A stretch of DNA of 64,000 nucleotides, taken from sequence record OR532817.1. One strand, written 5' to 3'. The notes under the pieces were generated by a model that had not been told where the DNA came from, searched no databases, and saw only the letters and a list, made by a program, of their open reading frames with translations. Each line of letters begins with the position of its first letter. Positions within the stretch are counted from its first letter, which is position 1. Positions 39,187-48,159 of the stretch are shown piece after piece. The position numbers and the translations under genes are program-made.

Positions 39187-40717
39187 ATACACCTACAACA
39201 CAACGACCGAGGAATCTCATATCAGGTTCCATCGGAACTTGTAGTTTTACTTTATCCAGTTCAATTGACATATTCTCTACTGCAACATTTTCATAAAACC
39301 CATTTGACATAAGTTCTTGTACCTGTACTGACTTTGGTTCATCTACGGTAATGACCAATTCATAGTTGATACCATCACTTGAAGGTACCCACGAAGACAT
39401 ATCAGAAATGTTTATTGTTTCGGAACCACTGATGCGTTTCCATTTACCACTGATTTTTTGAATTAATGTATTAAAGCTAGGAGAAAAAGCTAACATACCA
39501 TTTTCACCTAAAGTATTATTGGATGCATCAATAAATGGTGGTCTAAACCCGATCTCTGTTAATTTAGTTTCCCCATTATAGCCATCAACCGTCGGATTTT
39601 GTGGGAAAAATAAAATTTCAGTATTTTTCCAACGCTGAACTTCTTTCGATGAGGCAGTTGCAGAAAACTCACCAGTTACCGAACCCCTGTGATATAAACC
39701 AGTACTACTATCAGACCATTTACTTGGGTCAATTCCGGGGTTTTCAGTTGGATCATAGGTCTTGTTGTTAAATGTAATCGCTGGTTTATCAACAGTACCA
39801 TATGTTGCTGCAAAACGTCCCTCAGCTTCTGAAATACCATCATCATACATTGCATCACCGGTTCTACGTAAACCATCTAAACCATATAAATCAAGTACGG
39901 ATTGTACATCGGAAACTGATGTTGGGAATTGTCGTCCATATGAATTTACTAGTTTATTATCAAATGTAACACTTGTGGCTGCAATACGGGTAGCATATTG
40001 ACGAAGACTTTGCCATTTAGTACCAGTACTGATGATCCAGTCACTATCACGTAAGCCTGGGTCATAACTAGCATTACCAACCTCGAATTGTTCTGTTAGA
40101 TCTGGGTCTGATGTTAATGATATAAGACCTTCATGACCAGTAGTTGGGATTTGATCTACATTAAATCTTGCATAAGCAGAGGTAACTGATTTAGAACCAT
40201 TACCATCTGTGGTAAAATAATATTTAATTTCCAACCAGTCACCCTCACCTGATGGGTTGGTTGGTGTGAATATAACTGGTGATGTTGAAGGATTTGTAGT
40301 ACTCATGTGAGTAGTAGCTAGATCAACAATACCACGAGTTACGTAATAATGACCTGAATTGGTTGAGTCCGTTGGTGGTAGATTATCGTAAACCGAAATT
40401 TCTGATGGTGGATCTACATCATCGGTATTTGGATTAAAAGTACCTTTATATGTCATACCATTCAATAATGTATCTGGTAAATTTGCAATTGAAATTTTAC
40501 CATTAGCATCTAATTGAACAAAACGTCGATATTCTACTGTATCATCTAATAATTGTAATGTACCTTCAAAAGCTTCCCATTCACTATTATAACGAATCAT
40601 TCCCGGACGTTTAATGTCATTTGGTGGATTTTTCAATAGTGCTTTTGGTAATTCCAAGAAGCCATTAGTACTATCGATAATAACACCAGAATCACCACGT
40701 ATTCTATATATACTCAT
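39185..40717 (-). CDS. virion structural protein (fibre/baseplate-associated)
   Basis: GMIRYNS..FEG and YKG.FNP motifs; GAGGA RBS; minus-strand TAAATA 40753-58. Confidence 0.6.
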   Translation of the reverse strand: MSIYRIRGDSGVIIDSTNGFLELPKALLKNPPNDIKRPGMIRYNSEWEAFEGTLQLLDDTVEYRRFVQLDANGKISIANLPDTLLNGMTYKGTFNPNTDDVDPPSEISVYDNLPPTDSTNSGHYYVTRGIVDLATTHMSTTNPSTSPVIFTPTNPSGEGDWLEIKYYFTTDGNGSKSVTSAYARFNVDQIPTTGHEGLISLTSDPDLTEQFEVGNASYDPGLRDSDWIISTGTKWQSLRQYATRIAATSVTFDNKLVNSYGRQFPTSVSDVQSVLDLYGLDGLRRTGDAMYDDGISEAEGRFAATYGTVDKPAITFNNKTYDPTENPGIDPSKWSDSSTGLYHRGSVTGEFSATASSKEVQRWKNTEILFFPQNPTVDGYNGETKLTEIGFRPPFIDASNNTLGENGMLAFSPSFNTLIQKISGKWKRISGSETINISDMSSWVPSSDGINYELVITVDEPKSVQVQELMSNGFYENVAVENMSIELDKVKLQVPMEPDMRFLGRCVVGV

Positions 40718-40881
40718 TTATATATTTCCTCAATAAGTAATATTGTATATGGTATTTATTTTTCGATAATAAAAAAAGTTATTCTTGGAATTATATGTTT
40801 ACACACAAACTACGGTACTTTTTCCATGAAAAATATATTCTTTATTTTTAATAAATTATTATATCAAAATCTTGAACCGTA

Positions 40882-41229
40882 TTATACAGATGGTATACTA
40901 ATAAGGGGTTTCCATATACCGTTGTCTTTGATAAAAATATTAACGATGTTGGTTGTATCAATTTGGTAATATACATTACCATCTTCACCTGTACTGGAAT
41001 CTGGAATATCTGTTCCTCGTAATATAGTACTGTTCAATTTAGTATTAAGATGGTTTAATGTAACCAGATGTTGATCTTTGGTAGGTTCACCAGCTTCCAC
41101 TGGCAATAATAGTGTGCCTTCGTAATTATAAATTTTTACATCGGTACCATCTGTGCTTAATTTTGCACCATTTTTACCAAGAACAAAATCCTTCTTCATA
41201 GTCCCTTCTAAGTTAGAAAAAATTGCCAT
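40882..41229 (-). CDS. small virion protein
   Basis: EPTKDQHLVT, P.SSTGEDGNVY motifs of fibre proteins. Confidence 0.6.
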   Translation of the reverse strand: MAIFSNLEGTMKKDFVLGKNGAKLSTDGTDVKIYNYEGTLLLPVEAGEPTKDQHLVTLNHLNTKLNSTILRGTDIPDSSTGEDGNVYYQIDTTNIVNIFIKDNGIWKPLISIPSV

Positions 41230-41241
41230 TATATCATCTCC

Positions 41242-42357
41242 TTAGATATTGTCGCTAATAGGCAGAGTTGGTGCTTGCCATGATAGTGTACAAATAATTG
41301 TCATATTACCATATGAACTTAAATTAACTGATTCATTAAAAATACAAGAAATTATTTCGTCTTTATCAGAAACAATGTGATTTGTTTCATTGATTACATA
41401 TCTACTTTGCATTGATATATCAAAATAATCATAACCAGCAATAACAGTACCACCAATATCCTCATTTGCTTCCCCACTGAAACGAATTTTCATATCAGTT
41501 ACTGGTGGTTCATACCCCTGTGTTACATTTACTTCGATATTAGTGACAAGATATCCAGCAGGACAAGTACCAATAACCAGTACTGTATTAGTGTATGAAT
41601 GATCGATAGTGTTCACTATAACAACTATATCCTTACCGGCATCTCCTTTATCACCCTTCTCACCTTGCAAGCCTTCTTTACCACGAAATTCAATGCCAGT
41701 GCTCCATTCTTTTTGTACTGGATCTGTATTTTCCACAATATCTACATAATATAATTTACCATCACTTGTGTTATAGAAACAATAATCTTCTGGAAGATTA
41801 GTAATATCAGGGAAAGTGCTTCCGGTACTATCAATGTGGAATCTACCGCGTGGACCTACTTCACCCCTGAAGCTAATACCGCTCGACCACGTTTGAGTAC
41901 TGGAATCATAAAAATAAAGTTTTCCATCATTGGTATTATAGAAAGTATAACCATCAAATAAACCCGAAGTAGGGAATACCGTACCAGAACTATCTATATG
42001 GAATGGTTTACCCTGTTCACCTTGCTCACCTTTTCCAAATTCAACCGAATTCCATGTGCTTGACTCACCTGGATTTGAAGTTTTAAAATACAAAACACTT
42101 GTGGAATTTGCTAAGCTCAGATAGCTCCACCCAATAGTTTTATCTGTATTAAAATCACTGTCAGGTATTTCAAAACCAATTTCGTTTGGATAAAAATTAC
42201 TTCCATCAGAACCGTCATGACCGACAACCAGACCTAAATCTTCAATGGTATTATCTGCATAAGTTACAATCAAATGACCATCTGTGCTGATTTTCATACT
42301 TTTAATACCAGAATTATTACATGAGCAATTGGACCCATTATTAAATGAAATTGTCAT
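41242..42357 (-). CDS. repeat-containing structural protein with short collagen-like linkers
   Basis: two FHIDS.G..FP...FYNT.DGKLY repeats; GEQGEQG, GEKGDKGDAG. Confidence 0.65.
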   Translation of the reverse strand: MTISFNNGSNCSCNNSGIKSMKISTDGHLIVTYADNTIEDLGLVVGHDGSDGSNFYPNEIGFEIPDSDFNTDKTIGWSYLSLANSTSVLYFKTSNPGESSTWNSVEFGKGEQGEQGKPFHIDSSGTVFPTSGLFDGYTFYNTNDGKLYFYDSSTQTWSSGISFRGEVGPRGRFHIDSTGSTFPDITNLPEDYCFYNTSDGKLYYVDIVENTDPVQKEWSTGIEFRGKEGLQGEKGDKGDAGKDIVVIVNTIDHSYTNTVLVIGTCPAGYLVTNIEVNVTQGYEPPVTDMKIRFSGEANEDIGGTVIAGYDYFDISMQSRYVINETNHIVSDKDEIISCIFNESVNLSSYGNMTIICTLSWQAPTLPISDNI

Positions 42358-42473
42358 ATTTATATCCTTTAATGAATATCATCTAGAAATATTTATCCAG
42401 TACTATACTCTTTTGGTTAGTATATAAAGCACAATAAATAAGTTAAAGTTCATAATAAAAGGGCTTAACGATT

Positions 42474-42971
42474 ATGGCATTACGTTCAAAAAATTTTCTA
42501 TTCAACAGAAAAGACAGAGATGGAGAATATAAAGATTTTCCAAATAGTGATGTGTGGTATCCAAACAATGTAGATTATTACTGGGATGAGCAATCAACTC
42601 CAATGGCAAGTGGTGGATATTATGGAAGTACTACAGGTTTGCACACAATTTCTTTTACACTACGCGAATTTACTGGAAGAATTTATGTACTTGCTACACT
42701 AGCAAGCAACCCAACAGATCAAGACTGGTTTCCAATTAAATTTAAAGAAAGTTGTAAATATTATCTTGAATTTACGGATATGTCGGTTTATAACCCAATT
42801 ACCGCAGAAATAAACCGCGAACGTGGTACAACTGGTACTTTTGCTGAAACATTAACTGGTAATTTTACATACATTAAAATTGGTATCGATAGAGATTATA
42901 TCAGTGAAAATCCAAGTGATATACAAAAAGGTGCAGTAGGGTACTTAGAATCTATATTAATTAATTTTTAA
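42474..42971 (+). CDS. putative virion protein
   Basis: TAAATA 42435 upstream. Confidence 0.65.
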   Translation: MALRSKNFLFNRKDRDGEYKDFPNSDVWYPNNVDYYWDEQSTPMASGGYYGSTTGLHTISFTLREFTGRIYVLATLASNPTDQDWFPIKFKESCKYYLEFTDMSVYNPITAEINRERGTTGTFAETLTGNFTYIKIGIDRDYISENPSDIQKGAVGYLESILINF

Positions 42972-42981
42972 GGAATAAGAA

Positions 42982-43587
42982 ATGCTACACAAAGAACAAC
43001 CAAAATTATTTGTAAAAGGACATGTATTAATAACTGATATCACGGATCCAAATAATGTTATTACAGTTTTAGATCGTAGTAATGCGATTCACAGTGAAAA
43101 TATGTCATATGCAATAGCGAATTCATTATCATATGTTCAAGATAGTACTGGGGTTCCTATTGGATCTATTAGTTCTATGCATTTTGGTAACGGTGGTAGT
43201 ACTATCATCGGTACTGGACGTATTTTATATAAGCAGCCAAGAGTAACATCTTTTGGTGGATTATATTCAGAAACTTATAAAAAAAATATTAATGCCAGAA
43301 TTAATCCTGGAATTGATGAACAGTACAACTATATTAGTACTGTTCATATCCCAGGTCAATCATACTCAGATGTTGTATGTATTTGTACTCTAGGTTTAGG
43401 TGAACCAGTTGATCAAAACGCAAGTAGTAGTAATGATTTAGATGGTACCTATGTGTTTGATGAATTAGGTCTGTATACTGATGGTGATAGTGGTTCACCA
43501 CTGTCTCATATTATTTTCCACCCAGTGGAAAAATCAGCCAACCGTGTTTTGCAAATTAAATACACTGTACGCATTCAATTACAATAA
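42982..43587 (+). CDS. baseplate/tail-fibre attachment-like protein
   Basis: VFDELGLY...SHIIFHPVEKSANR.LQI.YTVRI. Confidence 0.6.
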   Translation: MLHKEQPKLFVKGHVLITDITDPNNVITVLDRSNAIHSENMSYAIANSLSYVQDSTGVPIGSISSMHFGNGGSTIIGTGRILYKQPRVTSFGGLYSETYKKNINARINPGIDEQYNYISTVHIPGQSYSDVVCICTLGLGEPVDQNASSSNDLDGTYVFDELGLYTDGDSGSPLSHIIFHPVEKSANRVLQIKYTVRIQLQ

Positions 43588-43600
43588 TAAGAGGTATATA

Positions 43601-44713
43601 ATGGCAACGGTTAATTATGTAATCAAAAGAAGTGATGGTACTACATATGCTACCATCCCCAACGATGTTATACTAGGTCCAAATCAACCTGGTAGCAACC
43701 CAGTACCTCTTAATTTTGTAGGAAGGAATAAGGTTGGATATGGTCAGGCATCAAACGAAAACTTTCTACACTTAGTTGAAAACTTCACAAGTTCAAATGC
43801 ACCTTATGGTAACGTTAAAGGGCAATTATGGTATAAAGCCACTGGTAGTACACCTGGTGAATTTCTTTTAGCATTACAGGATAATGCTCAACAACCCGTA
43901 GATACTGCAACAGAAGGACAATGGGCTTCTATACCAATGATTACATTGTTTAATACCATACCAGATGGTACTAACAGTGTGATGGGTAGAATGATCCTCA
44001 CCAATAATGGTGATACTCTTCGTGTTCTTATGAAAAATAAAGAATGGAGGGAAGTTTTAACTCGTAAACCACAAGCAAAAGAATATGAAGCACTGCTTGA
44101 TATTAATTATGATAGTTCAGTAAATTATATTGAATTCACACAAACTAACAGTACTAAACCTATTGCTTATTTTAATACTGGTGGTGATATGAGCATTGAC
44201 TCAAATGGTTGGGCTAGTTTTGAAACAGGCAATGGTGTGTTCCAATTTGGAACTAACTATTTTTATGAAATGAAAATAATGTTCAGGGAAGTTTCGATGG
44301 ATAGTGGCTCATTATTATCTGTCCCTTCTAACTACAAAACGTGGAAAATTAATGGTAGCTTTTATGTTGATAATAAAGGAACCATTACACCGGGTTCTGT
44401 TCCGTGCAGTGATTTACCAGATCCACGTCGTATTGCAAGTTTGGAAACTATTAAAGATGTAATCACCAGTGCTACGCTACAAAATGACTGGGACGTTAGT
44501 ATGGTAATTAATGATATAGATTCATCCATTCCTAACCCTACTGGGGTTACTAAAGCAGCATATGAACAATGGGTTATTAATTCACTTAATAGTAGCAAAA
44601 CGCTAGGTTTTAGAGTAGATGGTACTGTATCAGGATTAAGTACCGGACAAACTGTAAAAATTCAACCTAACATTTCAATTAAAATTCTTGGGATCCCGGC
44701 ACTCGGTGTATAA
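43601..44713 (+). CDS. virion structural protein
   Basis: GYGQASNENFLHLVENF...P.G.VKGQLWY; GAGGT RBS at ATG 43601. Confidence 0.65.
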   Translation: MATVNYVIKRSDGTTYATIPNDVILGPNQPGSNPVPLNFVGRNKVGYGQASNENFLHLVENFTSSNAPYGNVKGQLWYKATGSTPGEFLLALQDNAQQPVDTATEGQWASIPMITLFNTIPDGTNSVMGRMILTNNGDTLRVLMKNKEWREVLTRKPQAKEYEALLDINYDSSVNYIEFTQTNSTKPIAYFNTGGDMSIDSNGWASFETGNGVFQFGTNYFYEMKIMFREVSMDSGSLLSVPSNYKTWKINGSFYVDNKGTITPGSVPCSDLPDPRRIASLETIKDVITSATLQNDWDVSMVINDIDSSIPNPTGVTKAAYEQWVINSLNSSKTLGFRVDGTVSGLSTGQTVKIQPNISIKILGIPALGV

Positions 44714-44720
44714 CAAAAAT

Positions 44721-44748
44721 AAAAAAGGAGCCGATTGGCTCCTTTTTT
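44721..44748. terminator. bidirectional terminator
   Basis: AAAAAAGGAGCC/GGCTCCTTTTTT. Confidence 0.85.
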
Positions 44749-44749
44749 G

Positions 44750-45223
44750 TTAAAAATATGGTTCACTATTTAAACTGTTGACAAACACAGTCCCTTTCTT
44801 TATACTTTCATACAGAGATTTAAAATCCTTCATTAAATTTTCATTAAGTAGTGTGCTTTTAGCACCCGGATGTAATCTTAGACTTTTATACGAACCAATT
44901 TCTACCCAAGAATATCCAGAGCTTTCGTGATTCAGTACAGGAATAAATTCATTTTCAACTACTATAACAAATGAATAATATTTGAATTTACCATTTTTAG
45001 TACTGAATACATCAAAAGGTATAATATCTTCAATATCGGGAACAGAATTACCTAATTCTTCTTGTATTTCTCTGTACAATGCTTGTAATGGTGTTTCATT
45101 ATTTTGAAGTTTTCCTCCTACAAATCCCCAGTTATTACTATAGGTAGCACTTTCCGAACGTAAATTGAGCATCATTCTTCCTGTATTCTTGGATAGGAAT
45201 ATAGCACCAACTGCTTCATTCAT
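44750..45223 (-). CDS. Nudix hydrolase
   Basis: WGFVGGKLQNNETPLQALYREIQEELG; LNHESSGYSW; LHPG. Confidence 0.88.
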   Translation of the reverse strand: MNEAVGAIFLSKNTGRMMLNLRSESATYSNNWGFVGGKLQNNETPLQALYREIQEELGNSVPDIEDIIPFDVFSTKNGKFKYYSFVIVVENEFIPVLNHESSGYSWVEIGSYKSLRLHPGAKSTLLNENLMKDFKSLYESIKKGTVFVNSLNSEPYF

Positions 45224-45235
45224 AGAAACTCCTTG

Positions 45236-46561
45236 TTAGTTTTTATCACGAAATGTAATACGCCAATAACCAGCAGTGTATTTTGGTTTAACCGATCTAG
45301 ACCAACCCAAACGCTTATTATATTTGTAATAATGAGTATCATCTCTGTTATAGATATAATTTGATACAGTTTCTGGATCAATCAAATCTGCACCTGTGTT
45401 GGTTATTTTAAATAGCATATTAGGTTCAATTGATGTATCTTTGTATTGAATAGAACATTTTGAATTATTAACATAATATTGTTCTGGTATAGCATTATTT
45501 AGTTCAGAAATTTTAGATACTAATTTGATAATATTAAAATTCGTACTATACTGCAAAGGATCAATTTCAACTGTTAACTTATTTGCATCATCACCACTAC
45601 CAATAGATGTTACTATCCCCTTTAATGGGTTAGTTTCTTCGATTGCAGTTTGGAATCTTATGGTGATTTCTTTATCTTCATAATCTGGATCTAAATACTG
45701 GAAATATTTTTTCCATGAATAAATCCCACCAGTATCTGCTTTTGGACTTCCTGATTGAGAGATTAAAGTAATTTCAAAAATATTATCCGTTTGTTCTTCA
45801 GTACCTATACCCAAATTCTTTGGTGTAAAAACATCAACGATTGGATCTTCAAAATCAAAGTTCATATCCTTTTCAGGAACATACGTTGTCATATTAGTGT
45901 TTATTTGGTTAATTAGTTTTGGTTTTTCAACCCTAGCAGGTAAAGAAAACCATATAGTAGTTTCGAATTTAAATACTGCAATATCCAAATCAGTATCATT
46001 ACCCTGTGGTACACCCCTTGTACTAAATGTTGTATCTACCAATTCCACATTTTCAATACTAGTCCAATCAAGTGGGTTATTGGACATTTGCATTTGTACG
46101 CTTGGTGCAAAGAGTGTACAAATTTGTTCCCACAATTCCATTTTAGCTTGCAATTGTGTAGTCCATATGTTAAGATTGAATACAAATTTATATGGTACTG
46201 GATTGTGTCGTGTAACTTTGTACATTTTATCGATTTCGTGTATATAATTACCATTATCATCAGTTTTATTAGTTGCGAATACAGAAATATCATCTGCATT
46301 AGAACGCGTTGATTTTCTATCAACATTTAAGCTTTCTACACTGATAGTCATGATAGGTGCTGAATTTATGATATTTTCACTACCACTATTAATAATATAA
46401 GCAGCCATTTTTGAAATATCTGCATAACGCACCGGAACTTCTCTGTATCGTGGTTTGCCTTCATCATCAACACCATTTTGTACAGTAAAACCACTGAATA
46501 AACGAATAAGATGAGTTAATTCTCTATGAAATTGTCCATCATAATAATAATCTAGTTTCAT
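45236..46561 (-). CDS. tail terminator / sheath stabiliser (gp15-like)
   Basis: YYYDGQF..., VPVRYAD, PVPYKFVFNLNIWT, EQICTLFAPS. Confidence 0.8.
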   Translation of the reverse strand: MKLDYYYDGQFHRELTHLIRLFSGFTVQNGVDDEGKPRYREVPVRYADISKMAAYIINSGSENIINSAPIMTISVESLNVDRKSTRSNADDISVFATNKTDDNGNYIHEIDKMYKVTRHNPVPYKFVFNLNIWTTQLQAKMELWEQICTLFAPSVQMQMSNNPLDWTSIENVELVDTTFSTRGVPQGNDTDLDIAVFKFETTIWFSLPARVEKPKLINQINTNMTTYVPEKDMNFDFEDPIVDVFTPKNLGIGTEEQTDNIFEITLISQSGSPKADTGGIYSWKKYFQYLDPDYEDKEITIRFQTAIEETNPLKGIVTSIGSGDDANKLTVEIDPLQYSTNFNIIKLVSKISELNNAIPEQYYVNNSKCSIQYKDTSIEPNMLFKITNTGADLIDPETVSNYIYNRDDTHYYKYNKRLGWSRSVKPKYTAGYWRITFRDKN

Positions 46562-46563
46562 TG

Positions 46564-48027
46564 TTATTCTTTCCTATATTTTGGTGTACTTGCAATATCA
46601 TGCAATGGCATTCTATCTGAACTGTTGACGAAATTTACAAGTTCTGGGTCTGAACCTAACCATGGAATTCTGTTACCATAATCGAATACTACCCATGATT
46701 GACTGTCGGCATTGTATTTCCAACATGTGACAGGATTATAGTCAGTTCTGAAAAAATATTCTCCATCAGTTGGTGTAGATGGAAACTCGGTACCTTCTGG
46801 TACTGAACCCCTTTGTGGTGGAATTTCCGGTCTGTAGTTATTAGGATCATCAATAATATCATTAATATTAGAAGTATTGAAATTAAATTTTCCTGGGAAA
46901 TTAGATGGAATAATCCACGAATCATCTTTGTATTGATATACTTGTGAATCACTATATTTTACATAAAACTCTATGTTGTTCTTAGGTTGTTTATCTTCCT
47001 TACTATATTCAACATCACATAGCAACCAACTATTACTTGAGTTATCGTACTGGTACAATGAAAAACCACTTACATTAGTACTATCTTCTTTAAAGAAGAA
47101 ATCACCATCAGTTGGATTGGATGGGAAGTTAATATCATACCCAGTACTGACAACATTCCACACATCATCAACATTCTCTTTAAGTACAGGTTTAGTCTTT
47201 TTAAGATATAGCATATTATTAGCTGGTTCTTCTGGGAAGTCATATCCATTTAGCATACTTTTAGATAGGTCTACATAGTCAATTCGTGGATCATAAAACT
47301 GTTCATTATCAAAATTGAGATAAGGTACATCATTTTCAGCTATTGTGATTATTTTATTCATTATATCCATTTCATTTTGATAATTACTGTTGTTATTACC
47401 ATTACCGTTGCCATTATTTGGATCATCTGGGTTATCTGGATAACTATTGTTTTGTAGTAAATCTGAGTATTCAGGTGAATCAGTAATGGGTTTGACTCGA
47501 ATTTTCCATATATGAGCTTGCCACGTAGCAGAATATCCTTCATATGTTTTAAAAGCATCCTGAACTACATAAAAACGGTTTATACCACTATCTTTACCAA
47601 TAACATCGAAATCACGTAAATTTGGTAGTTCAATAACATCACCCGGAAGAATCTTTCTTCCTAAACGTTTCATCATATCGTTATAATGAACAGTTATATC
47701 CATTGTATTAAAATCAAAAAACAGGCCAGGGAGTTTCATGTCGGGAGTTGCTTCTTGCACTTGATAGACACATGAAAATGTGATAGCCTCTAGATTATAT
47801 TTTCTATTCGAGGTGTCACCAAAAACCCAATCGCTAACACTGTTGATATCAAAGCTTGACTCTGAACTGGAAGTTGTTGTATAATCACCAGTACTGGACG
47901 TTGGTTTTTCACCACAGTACGCGTAAAGCCACATGTCAACGCCACCTATGTTGTATTGTTCGGCAATGGCAGAATCAATAAAAGAGTAATCATTCGTTCT
48001 GCCTTTTTTCCACATCTTATAAGCCAT
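46564..48027 (-). CDS. neck/head-closure protein (gp14-like) with C-terminal extension
   Basis: FID..IAEQYNIGG, GDVIELP, HIWKIRVKP; adjacent to gp15-like gene; TAAATA 48058-63. Confidence 0.7.
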   Translation of the reverse strand: MAYKMWKKGRTNDYSFIDSAIAEQYNIGGVDMWLYAYCGEKPTSSTGDYTTTSSSESSFDINSVSDWVFGDTSNRKYNLEAITFSCVYQVQEATPDMKLPGLFFDFNTMDITVHYNDMMKRLGRKILPGDVIELPNLRDFDVIGKDSGINRFYVVQDAFKTYEGYSATWQAHIWKIRVKPITDSPEYSDLLQNNSYPDNPDDPNNGNGNGNNNSNYQNEMDIMNKIITIAENDVPYLNFDNEQFYDPRIDYVDLSKSMLNGYDFPEEPANNMLYLKKTKPVLKENVDDVWNVVSTGYDINFPSNPTDGDFFFKEDSTNVSGFSLYQYDNSSNSWLLCDVEYSKEDKQPKNNIEFYVKYSDSQVYQYKDDSWIIPSNFPGKFNFNTSNINDIIDDPNNYRPEIPPQRGSVPEGTEFPSTPTDGEYFFRTDYNPVTCWKYNADSQSWVVFDYGNRIPWLGSDPELVNFVNSSDRMPLHDIASTPKYRKE

Positions 48028-48082
48028 TTGAATTCTCCAAATGCATTTTTTATATAGTATTTAGAGAAGATAAAAAAAAGAG

Positions 48083-48112
48083 TTGACATTGCAATTTAAT
48101 TTCTGATATAAT
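48083..48112 (+). promoter_or_regulatory. sigma70 early promoter of clpA-like gene
   Basis: TTGACA-N18-TATAAT with extended -10 TG. Confidence 0.8.
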
Positions 48113-48159
48113 GTAATCATAGTTCAATACAAAAGAGACATTTTACAAAAGGAAAATCA

